Shown here piece by piece: positions 1 to 8,114 of a stretch of 64,000 bases of DNA (position 1 is its first letter; every line of letters begins with the position of its first letter). Both the position numbers and the translations under genes were made by a program. This stretch comes from Verrucomicrobiia bacterium. GTDB taxonomy: Bacteria; Verrucomicrobiota; Verrucomicrobiia; Limisphaerales; UBA11358. The notes beneath the pieces were generated by a model. The model had not been told where the DNA came from, did not search any database, and was given only the letters and a program-made list of their open reading frames with translations. The stretch covers positions 5,168-69,167 of the forward strand of contig JASHPN010000234.1 of assembly GCA_030038175.1 (NCBI GenBank), read 5' to 3'.

Positions 1-1116
1 GGCGGCAAACACCCTTCCCAGGACGACGCGTTGGTCGGTCGTCAGCACTCCCAGCGCAACGCCGCAAATTTTAACGCGGGCATTCAACAGGCGTTCGGGA
101 TCCAGTCCGGCCGCGTCCGCCACGCCGACGGAAATGACGTCGCGATCCGAGCGCAAATCCATTTCCAATCCTTCGCCTTGTTTCGAAACAAAGGTGACCC
201 GGCCTTCGATCGTTACCCAACGCCGGTCAGCCAGGCTTCCCATGGCTTCGCCGTAGAGCCCCTGGACCGGCGCGGGCGCGTCCGTGAAGCCGGTCGTGAC
301 GATTTGCAATTGGCGCGAACCGAGGAACAGCAGGCTGCCGTCATCGGAACGCAACCGAAAGACGTATTGCCCGGCGGCAGGGACATCGAGAAAACCAGTG
401 AAGCGAATGCCAACCATTTCGTCACGCGAGCGAAAGCCCAGATCGAAATTGGTCACAATGCCGGACTTGACCGGTCGCAGCAGGTCGAAATCCGGCACAC
501 GCTCCCAATAGCCCTCGTAATCCTCCGCGCGCAGGCCAGGCAGAAAATTCGTGCGCCCGGACGCATCCGCGACCGCGTGCCACAAATTAGTGGCGTCCAC
601 GCGCAACGGCGGGGCGTTCGACTCGGCCCAATAAACTTCCAAATCGAAATCACGCAAGCCATTGAACCAATCGAGTTGCAAAGGAATTTTTCCCGCATCC
701 AGCGCGGTCCGGCCGCCCCACGTCAAAGCCGTATGGATGCCATCGTCGTTGATGACCGGTTGAGGCGACAATTCGATGCCCATATCACGTTTGCGCAGGA
801 ACACATACCACCCTTGCAGACGGATTTTTTCCCCGGGACGGATTTCCCGCCCGAAATCTCCGACTTCCAGTAATTCGACGCCGCTATCGTCGCGCACAAT
901 CAAAACACCCACCTGGGGCCGGCTGGCGGCGCACACAGTCGCTTCGAGCCGCAGGTCGCGATAAATTTGTCGTTCGGATTGGAGCGCCTCAGTCAGTTGC
1001 CGCAAGTTTGTGATCGCCTGTGCGTGACCGGACAGGATTGATGCCGCGAGCAGCAACGACAGAACTGCTTGAAGAATAACTCTTCGACAGGAGGTTCTGT
1101 TTTTAGGGGACGTCAC
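1..1116 (-). CDS. PA14 domain-containing exported protein, N-terminal 372 codons only (gene runs off the left edge); possibly the periplasmic part of a sensor
   Basis: Manual minus-strand translation from GTG 1116-1114 gives VTSPKNRTSCRRVILQAVLSLLLAASILSGHAQA (signal peptide) and later IRFTGFLDVPAAGQYVFRLRSDDGSLLFLG (PA14-type motif). The frame is open to base 1, so there is no stop in the window and it is absent from the ORF track. Plus-strand ORF 31..873 is its antisense shadow. Confidence 0.7.
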   Translation of the reverse strand, partial: MTSPKNRTSCRRVILQAVLSLLLAASILSGHAQAITNLRQLTEALQSERQIYRDLRLEATVCAASRPQVGVLIVRDDSGVELLEVGDFGREIRPGEKIRLQGWYVFLRKRDMGIELSPQPVINDDGIHTALTWGGRTALDAGKIPLQLDWFNGLRDFDLEVYWAESNAPPLRVDATNLWHAVADASGRTNFLPGLRAEDYEGYWERVPDFDLLRPVKSGIVTNFDLGFRSRDEMVGIRFTGFLDVPAAGQYVFRLRSDDGSLLFLGSRQLQIVTTGFTDAPAPVQGLYGEAMGSLADRRWVTIEGRVTFVSKQGEGLEMDLRSDRDVISVGVADAAGLDPERLLNARVKICGVALGVLTTDQRVVLGRVFAA

Positions 1117-1224
1117 GATGGTTCCGGCGGTATTGATTTGGTCCTGATCGCCAAACTCAAAGCCACGGTTAGAAAAGCAACCTTCATATATCAATCCAGG
1201 CTATCTGGTGGAAGCGGCTGCCTG

Positions 1225-1261
1225 CAAAATAAGACAGCCGTTGCCTGATGGCAACGGCTGT
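1225..1261 (-). terminator. Rho-independent terminator after the PEP-CTERM gene
   Basis: Perfect 12-bp stem ACAGCCGTTGCC (1234-1245) / GGCAACGGCTGT (1250-1261) with a 4-nt loop. On the minus-strand transcript it is followed by UCUUAUUUUG. It starts 17 nt after the stop codon at 1278-1280. Confidence 0.75.
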
Positions 1262-1277
1262 GTGAGAGAAAAGAAAA

Positions 1278-2057
1278 CTAACTTTTGCGACGGCGGAGCG
1301 AAAAGGCGCCTGCCAATCCCAGGCCAAGGAGAGCCGTGGTCATGGGTTCGGGAACCGCATACAAAGCCAATGCTCCGATACGAGGCGCGCCGCCCGCCTG
1401 ACCATTTCCTGCCAGCGTAGCCCTCGCATCGTTAACCGCATCCGCGCTGGTAAACATCTGGCCGCCTGGATCCGCCGGAGTACCGGCGTTACGATACCAG
1501 GTAATCCCGGAAGATCCGTCTGCGGTGGGCGTCCAAATTTCCAGGGCGTATTCCTCGTTGGCCGCCAAGGTGACCTGGTCTTGTGAGGGCAGGGAGAATG
1601 TCCCCTGGACCGGGCCGCTTGCCGATGCGGAAAAAGTGACGGTATCGCTGAAATCGAGCGTGAGGGTAGCGGGTAAAGGCGTATTGGGATTGTAGGTTGC
1701 TGACGAGCTACTGGCTGAGACGGACCCCGACGGGCCCAAATTATAGAGGTCAATGGTGTAAGTTGGACTGGTAATATTATTAACGCCCAAAAGGATATCA
1801 AACGACCCCAATGTAAAGCTGGACGACGGCGTAAAAGTCTCCGCCATAAGGCCATAGGTACCTGTGATGGTCGGATCGCCCTGGCCGGTCGAAGCGCCAC
1901 TTAAAGAGGCGCTTGCGATAGACGTATAAACGGGTGTGCCATTCCAACTGGCGACGTTACTTCCCGAGCTGAATGAGATTTGGGCCTGCGCCGCAACGCA
2001 AAACGCCATTATGGCCAACCCATTCAACCCCAAGATGATACGATGTGTATTTTTCAT
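1278..2057 (-). CDS. PEP-CTERM sorting-domain secreted protein
   Basis: N-terminal signal peptide MKNTHRIILGLNGLAIMAFCVAAQA from ATG 2057 (the track start 2066 is a TTG). C-terminus VPEPMTTALLGLGLAGAFSLRRRKS matches the PEP motif + TM helix + basic tail. The body is Ser/Thr/Gly-rich. Confidence 0.8.
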   Translation of the reverse strand: MKNTHRIILGLNGLAIMAFCVAAQAQISFSSGSNVASWNGTPVYTSIASASLSGASTGQGDPTITGTYGLMAETFTPSSSFTLGSFDILLGVNNITSPTYTIDLYNLGPSGSVSASSSSATYNPNTPLPATLTLDFSDTVTFSASASGPVQGTFSLPSQDQVTLAANEEYALEIWTPTADGSSGITWYRNAGTPADPGGQMFTSADAVNDARATLAGNGQAGGAPRIGALALYAVPEPMTTALLGLGLAGAFSLRRRKS

Positions 2058-2145
2058 AGATTTCAAACGCTTTGAGTTCTCATTTGTGAGTCTTCTGGTT
2101 ATTGCTTGCTAATGACCAACTTAGGGGAATTGGCCGCCGGATTCT

Positions 2146-2163
2146 ATACGACAAATGTCGTAT
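2146..2163. promoter_or_regulatory. Perfect 18-bp palindrome ATACGACAAATGTCGTAT, candidate operator (site 1)
   Basis: 8-2-8 inverted repeat located 89 bp upstream of the PEP-CTERM gene ATG (2057). Near-identical copies occur at 15509..15526 and 15560..15577, and a weaker one at 28214..28231. Confidence 0.55.
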
Positions 2164-2228
2164 TTTGTAGAATTACGGGCAGATTAGCCGCTTTCGGCAT
2201 AGGGGACCTCTTTGACCTATGCATCGCG

Positions 2229-5200
2229 TCAGGGCAAACGCAGCATAAAGAATTGTTGTTCGGCGCCGAGGTTAAGATTGTTGGTGCAAATAAATCCGCC
2301 CCCGGCGCCAAATTGGTTCGTCGCAATAACGGTCCAGTTGGTGAGCGGCAAGGCGAGATTGGTGGAGGCCAGCGTGTAAAAGCAGGTCCCCGGCGCGTTC
2401 CCGTTTGTGCCGGCCAGGACGAGATTTCCGCCGGAAAACTGAACGCTTGTAAGATGAGGCGGGGTGATCAGGGCGGGGTTCGTCGAGCTTACAAAGAGGC
2501 TACCGTTCACGGAAATCCAGTTCGTATTCCAAAACAATCCCGCGCCTGGCGCCGGACCGATACTATTGAAGGCGCCGGAAAAATTCGACGCGCTGAACAA
2601 CTCGACGGTATCGCCGTAAGCGAGCGCCGGGCCGAGGTTGCTCAACGTGAGTGTGCCGCCGAAGGTGATATTGCCGGCGACCAGCCGGGAAGTGAAATTG
2701 GTCAAGTTGATGGCAACGGCTAAATTACCGGCAAGCGTAATTCCGTTAACGATGCTCAACGGTATCGTCAGCGCCGTCACATCGAGCTTCGCGCTATTGC
2801 TGACGCCGATTTGCGCGTTTTTGAGCGTGGCGCTCCCAATCAATGCCAGGGTGCCATTGCTGACGATCAGGTTTCCCGTCGCGCTATTGGCGCCGATGAT
2901 TTGCAAAATACCGCCCCCGGATAATTGCAGGATCCCTGGGCCAGCCACCGGCTCTTCATTGGTCAGCGTCAGACCTGAAGCGATGTTAAACAGGCCGCCA
3001 AGCGGGCCGATGGTGACACCGGCGTTGACATGGTCCAGTGCGAAACTGCCGGCGGGTTGGAAGGCGCCGGCATTCAGATACAATTGCGCCGCATTGAAAG
3101 CGGGCGGATTACCGCCCATGGCCGCCTCATTGGTTACGATAATACTTCCCGTTTCGTATGCGCTGGCTCCGCAGGCCAGAGGACCAGTGAAATTGACGTT
3201 GTTCCCGCTATAAATGACCTGGCAATTGTTGGACAGGGAACCGGAGCCGCTAAGGGCAGAGGCGATTCCAATCCAGCGCGGACCGCCGTTATTATCCGTC
3301 AAAAACGAATTGCCGGCGACAATGATGTTTCCGGCAACCCAGTCAATATTGGCCAAACCCTGGCTGTTCGCATTGCAGATGCCGCTGCCGGTCAGCATAA
3401 TCAGGTTGTTGATGGTGACCGCGGATGCACTTCCGCCGGTGCTCTTTAAAGCCATGTTGCCAAACGCGGTGTTGGCGGCGTTGGAAAAGGTCAAAGAAGC
3501 ACCCTGGAATGTATAACTGTTCGCGTCAGCGGGAGTCCGCAAATAGTTGCCCAATGTGTTGTAGGTCCCGCCTGGGCCGGGCGGGCCGGCAGCAGGGCTG
3601 GCCGTGCCGTTGGTGACCCAATTGCCGATGGTGTTGAACGATGAAGTGCCATAGGCGTCGTTGGCGTTGAGAGTAAAAGCCGCCGATGGCGCCACGGTGG
3701 TAAACGACCAGACTGCGCCTAGGTTCGTATTAATTCCGGCGATTTCATCTATCCGCCAAAAATAGGTCGCGCCGGCGGCCAACGACGGGCTGAAACTCGT
3801 GGTGGAAACGAGGCCCTGGAATTGGGGCGAGCCAGTCGTGGCCTGTGCGACCGCATTGGAATTGATTCCCAGATAAACCGCATGAGTCAATGCATTGCTC
3901 CCGGCAGTCCAGCTCAGTGTGGTGCTGAGAGCAATGCCGGATGCGCCGTTGGCCGGCGATGGATTTGCCGCTGGGCCGACCGGAACAATTTGATCCAGTA
4001 CGATCGTGGTCAGTGAAAGCGGCGGAAGCACTTGCGAATTGGTCAGCGCGCCGAGCGCCTGAAAATAATTGGTCCCGGCGGTTTGATAGACGCTGGACTC
4101 GCCGAACGTAAATGTCCCGGGATTTAAGGTCACGGTGGAAGAGGCACTGGAATTTGTGTTGATGCACACGACCACCATCCGTTGGCCGCCTGGCGAGATA
4201 AACGCGGAAGTCAGGACGTTGCGGTCCGTGTTGGTGACGCCGACGCGGGTAAAGCCGGGGGTGATGAAATACGAAAAATGTTTCATTGACCAATAGGCGG
4301 GCGAGAGCCAATAGCCCTGGGCTTCGGTCGCGGTGCCCGGCGGCGCGTTCGTCCAACTGGCCGGGTTGTACGGATCTTCGATTTGCACCAAACCGACGCC
4401 GCCGACCGGCCAAATCAGGCTCCAAAAATTAAACGCCGAAGCCTGTTCAATCGTCAGGCAATCGTGGATCAGCCAGGCAGTTTCAATCATGTTCGAGTAG
4501 TAGTACTCGGTCATTAATCGGGGCTTGGCGGGAAAAACATTCGTCAAGGACAGCATCGCGGCGGTATAACCGTCCGGTGTGCCATCCGTGCTTCCGCTGT
4601 AAAGATGGTGCGCGATGGCGTAGAAACTGTTTGAATTCATTGTCGCGGCATAGTTTTGGACGTCGTTGTAGCCGATGCCGACGCATTCAGGACCGAGCAA
4701 TAGCGGCGGCGATGGCAGATTGCTTAATAGTAGAAAGGTCGCATCGAGTGCCTTGGAATAACTGGCATAGTTGGTGCCGTTTACCGTGTCTTCGGTTGGA
4801 TCAAAGCGGCAGGAATCGTAACTGGCCGAGAAATCAGGCTCGTTTTGGATGCTGATCCAGGTTGGGGACACGCCATTGCTGCGATACGACACCAATGAGT
4901 CATACCAATACTGCGCAAAATTGGTATAGACATAGCTGCCGTTCGTATAAAGCAATGTGCCGCCATTTTCGGTTTGGCCGTTGCTTTTCAAAAAGGCCGG
5001 CGGCGACCAGGAACTCATCAGGATGGGCACGGGATGTCCCAGCATGAGATTGGCATTTGAAACAATGTCGTAGGCGGCATAGTCCGGGCCATTGGTGTAG
5101 CGAAACCAATTTCCCAATCTCAACATGGAAATATTCAGGCCCGCGAACGCCTCGGAGTAGATTTCCTGTTTGTAGGGATGGTCGTAGATCCAGCTCGTAT

Positions 5201-5351
5201 AAAACGCGGTCGCGCCGCCCAGGCCCAGGATAGTTTGATAGCTGTTGGCAGGGTTAATCGTGACAGTCGCAGCCTGAGCGCGAGGGGCGACCAGCAAAGA
5301 AAAGGCCGCAAAACCGGCAATGGCAATCGAAATGAAACGTTTGCCGCTCAT
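2229..5351 (-). CDS. Glycoside hydrolase family 30-like catalytic domain fused to autotransporter-associated beta-strand-repeat (beta-helix) region and a conserved C-terminal domain
   Basis: Signal peptide MSGKRFISIAIAGFAAFSLLVAPRAQA from ATG 5351. Motifs QTILGLGGATAF, ISIQNEPD and RLMTEYY fit a clan GH-A/GH30 pattern. These are followed by an FN3-like YFWRIDEI...VWSFTT domain, Gly/Asn/Thr-rich beta-helix repeats, and a C-terminal ~75 aa ending QQFFMLRLP. The track start 5516 would overlap the upstream GH2 gene. Confidence 0.8.
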   Translation of the reverse strand: MSGKRFISIAIAGFAAFSLLVAPRAQAATVTINPANSYQTILGLGGATAFYTSWIYDHPYKQEIYSEAFAGLNISMLRLGNWFRYTNGPDYAAYDIVSNANLMLGHPVPILMSSWSPPAFLKSNGQTENGGTLLYTNGSYVYTNFAQYWYDSLVSYRSNGVSPTWISIQNEPDFSASYDSCRFDPTEDTVNGTNYASYSKALDATFLLLSNLPSPPLLLGPECVGIGYNDVQNYAATMNSNSFYAIAHHLYSGSTDGTPDGYTAAMLSLTNVFPAKPRLMTEYYYSNMIETAWLIHDCLTIEQASAFNFWSLIWPVGGVGLVQIEDPYNPASWTNAPPGTATEAQGYWLSPAYWSMKHFSYFITPGFTRVGVTNTDRNVLTSAFISPGGQRMVVVCINTNSSASSTVTLNPGTFTFGESSVYQTAGTNYFQALGALTNSQVLPPLSLTTIVLDQIVPVGPAANPSPANGASGIALSTTLSWTAGSNALTHAVYLGINSNAVAQATTGSPQFQGLVSTTSFSPSLAAGATYFWRIDEIAGINTNLGAVWSFTTVAPSAAFTLNANDAYGTSSFNTIGNWVTNGTASPAAGPPGPGGTYNTLGNYLRTPADANSYTFQGASLTFSNAANTAFGNMALKSTGGSASAVTINNLIMLTGSGICNANSQGLANIDWVAGNIIVAGNSFLTDNNGGPRWIGIASALSGSGSLSNNCQVIYSGNNVNFTGPLACGASAYETGSIIVTNEAAMGGNPPAFNAAQLYLNAGAFQPAGSFALDHVNAGVTIGPLGGLFNIASGLTLTNEEPVAGPGILQLSGGGILQIIGANSATGNLIVSNGTLALIGSATLKNAQIGVSNSAKLDVTALTIPLSIVNGITLAGNLAVAINLTNFTSRLVAGNITFGGTLTLSNLGPALAYGDTVELFSASNFSGAFNSIGPAPGAGLFWNTNWISVNGSLFVSSTNPALITPPHLTSVQFSGGNLVLAGTNGNAPGTCFYTLASTNLALPLTNWTVIATNQFGAGGGFICTNNLNLGAEQQFFMLRLP

Positions 5352-5389
5352 GGGCCGCTCATTCAATTTCGTTGCCTGCGGGAACATCA

Positions 5390-8068
5390 TCATGTGCCGC
5401 CGCCTTTTGGTGAAACGCTCTTTAAAATGAAAGTCTCGCCTTTCAATGCAGCGGAAGCGACATGCAACTTGATAGTGCCCGGTTGTCCGGCCTGGCTGCG
5501 AACGACCACCAGGCACAAGCCGTTGAAAGCTTTGCGGTCGTGCGATTGAAAAGATTCGAAATCGGCCGGATCACCGTTGTCGGCGGCAACGATTTCGCCC
5601 GGACCTTCGATTTCAAAACGAATCCGGTTGTCCGCCTGCGGCACGGTCACGCCGTGCCGGTCCGTTACGGTTATGGTCACAAAAGATAAATCCCGTCCGT
5701 CAGCGCTGATTCGTGCCCGATCCGGCTTCAAAATGAGTTTTGCCGCGGCGCCGGCAGTTTTTACGACGTCCGTTGCCCACCTTTTTCCATTTTTGTATGC
5801 GACGACTTTAAGCGTGCCCGGTTGATAGACGACATCGTCCCAGCGCAGGCGATAGTCGTAACGTGCCTTCTTTTTTCGGCCAAGTGAGCGGCCATTTAGA
5901 AAAAGTTCGGCTTCATCGCCGGAAGTAAAGACGTGAACCGGCGTCACCAGGCCAACACGGTCCGGCCAGGTCCAGTGCGGCAAAATGTGGGCCATCGGAA
6001 AATCGGGCCGCCAATAAGATTGATACAGGTAAAAGCGGTCCTTCTTAAATCCCGCCAGATCAATGATGCCGTAATAGGAACTCCGCGAGGCGTCATAGGG
6101 AGTCGGCTCACCCAGATAATCCCAGCCCGACCAGACAAATTGGCCGCCAACGTAGGGGTTGGTTTCCTGCGATTTAAACACCTTGTCCGGCGACGACCCG
6201 AACGGTACGGCGTATAATTCATAGCCGCTGACATAACGCCCCGCGCGATCTTCGCCGGAATCCGGCCCGACGGTCGCGCTGTTATTGGTTGGGACGGGAA
6301 AGAAATATTCGCCGCGGCTGCTGAGCGCGGCGGCGGTTTCGCTGCCAAAGATCATTTTGTCAGGAAATCCTTTATGGAAGGCCGGATATTTGCCGGGTGC
6401 GCCACGGATCCCGGCGCCTTGATAATTCAGGCCGATAACGTCCACGGCCGCAGGCAACGGGTCGCCCGGTCGCGCCCAATTCATTGCGGTCGTCACGGGC
6501 CTCATCGGGTCTTCTTCATGGACGATATTGACGAGTTCGCGGGCAACCGCCGCGCCATCCTTACCCGCGTATTGTTCGCCCACTTCGTTCCCGATGCTCC
6601 ATAATATCACGGAGGGATGGTTGCGGTCGCGCCGCAACTGTGCCCGCAAATCCTGTTCGCGCCATTCTGGAAAAATCAGGTGGAAATCGAACGGCGTCTT
6701 TTGCCGGTACCAGACATCGAACGACTCGTCCATCACGAGAAAGCCCATCTGGTCGGCCAGGTCCAGCAATTCGGGCGCGGGCGGGTTATGGCTGGTGCGA
6801 AGGGCGTTGCAACCCATCTCGCGCAACATTTCCAATTGCCTCTGCGCAGCGCGGGTGTTGAAGGCGGCTCCGAGGGCGCCGAGATCATGGTGATCGCATA
6901 CGCCCTTCAACTCGATGCGTTCCCCATTCAAAAACACGCCTCGGTTCGGATCAAATTTCAACGAGCGGATTCCAAAGGAAGTTTCATAATCATCCGTCGT
7001 TTTACCATCGCATGAAACAGTAGTAACGGCGAGATAGCGGTTCGGCTTCCGGGTGGGCGGCGGCCCCCAAAGTTTTGGCTTTAGGATTACCACACTGCCC
7101 TCGGCCAGGGCGTCGCCGCCGGGCGCAATTTGCAGATTCGCAGGCGCGATGGCCGCGATCATCCGTCCGATTTTCCGGCCGTTTGTGTCCAGCCGAAATA
7201 TTTTCGTTGTTATGCTGACACTCGCGCTCGCCTCCGAATCGTTGACCACGGTCGCCTTTAAATTCACCGTGGCGCGTTCGGGCGAAACTTCGGGGGTCGT
7301 CAAATAGGTTCCCCAATGGCCGATGTGAATGCGTTGCGTTTTGATCAGCCAAACGTTGCGGTAAATTCCGGCGCCCGGGTACCAGCGTGAAGAATCCGGC
7401 AGATTGTCGAGGCGGATGGCCAGCGTGTTTTCGCCGCCAAATTTTACATACGGCGTCAAATCCAGGCGCCATGACGCATAGCCGTAAGGCCAGCCACCCA
7501 CTAACCGGCCGTTGAGCCAAACCGTTGCATAAGCCATTGCGCCATCCACATCCAGGAAAATGCGCCTGCCGGAATCGGCGGCCGGAATTTCCAGTTTTTT
7601 GCGATACCATCCGACGCCGGCAGTTGGCAGCCGGCCCATTCCGCCGCCGCCGTCGTGAGAGAACGGCCCGGCAATCGCCCAATCATGCGGCAGATTAACT
7701 GGTCGCCACGAACCGTCGTCGAAATCCGGCCGCACATACGACACGCCGTCGCCAGGATTTCCCTTTGGCCGTTTAAATCGCCGCTTTGGGTCCTCGATAA
7801 ATTCATTTCCCGAGGGCAAAATCCATCGCTTTAGGACAACGACGGGCCCATTGGTCAGTGAAAGAGTTGGAGTATTTGTAGCGCGGCCGGCGTCTTCACG
7901 CTGGTCGTATCGCAAAGTGACCGGGCAGTTGGTTGGATCGCCTTTAATGAACCGCCAGCCGCTATCAATGCAGATACGTTCGCGCCCTCCCGCCATCGCA
8001 GGCGCGCCGGCCAGCGACAACGCCGCCACGAAGGCAAACAATCCGATGAACCGAAATTGATGTTCCAT
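5390..8068 (-). CDS. Glycoside hydrolase family 2 (beta-galactosidase/beta-glucuronidase-like)
   Basis: Signal peptide MEHQFRFIGLFAFVAALSLAGAPAMA from ATG 8068. GH2 sugar-binding region WRPVNLPHDWAI, FLDVDGAMAYATVWLNG and the catalytic-region motif NHPSVILWSIGNEV are present. About 890 aa. Confidence 0.9.
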   Translation of the reverse strand: MEHQFRFIGLFAFVAALSLAGAPAMAGGRERICIDSGWRFIKGDPTNCPVTLRYDQREDAGRATNTPTLSLTNGPVVVLKRWILPSGNEFIEDPKRRFKRPKGNPGDGVSYVRPDFDDGSWRPVNLPHDWAIAGPFSHDGGGGMGRLPTAGVGWYRKKLEIPAADSGRRIFLDVDGAMAYATVWLNGRLVGGWPYGYASWRLDLTPYVKFGGENTLAIRLDNLPDSSRWYPGAGIYRNVWLIKTQRIHIGHWGTYLTTPEVSPERATVNLKATVVNDSEASASVSITTKIFRLDTNGRKIGRMIAAIAPANLQIAPGGDALAEGSVVILKPKLWGPPPTRKPNRYLAVTTVSCDGKTTDDYETSFGIRSLKFDPNRGVFLNGERIELKGVCDHHDLGALGAAFNTRAAQRQLEMLREMGCNALRTSHNPPAPELLDLADQMGFLVMDESFDVWYRQKTPFDFHLIFPEWREQDLRAQLRRDRNHPSVILWSIGNEVGEQYAGKDGAAVARELVNIVHEEDPMRPVTTAMNWARPGDPLPAAVDVIGLNYQGAGIRGAPGKYPAFHKGFPDKMIFGSETAAALSSRGEYFFPVPTNNSATVGPDSGEDRAGRYVSGYELYAVPFGSSPDKVFKSQETNPYVGGQFVWSGWDYLGEPTPYDASRSSYYGIIDLAGFKKDRFYLYQSYWRPDFPMAHILPHWTWPDRVGLVTPVHVFTSGDEAELFLNGRSLGRKKKARYDYRLRWDDVVYQPGTLKVVAYKNGKRWATDVVKTAGAAAKLILKPDRARISADGRDLSFVTITVTDRHGVTVPQADNRIRFEIEGPGEIVAADNGDPADFESFQSHDRKAFNGLCLVVVRSQAGQPGTIKLHVASAALKGETFILKSVSPKGGGT

Positions 8069-8114
8069 AACTTGCCGATTCAAAAATGATACGGTATGCA
8101 GCCCGCCGGCTGCG

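Noticed and set aside
31-873. 280-aa plus-strand ORF at the left edge
   Set aside because: It starts at TTG, is Arg/Gln/Ala-rich and has no motifs. It lies exactly antisense to a much more convincing minus-strand frame (signal peptide + PA14 motif) that runs 1116..1.
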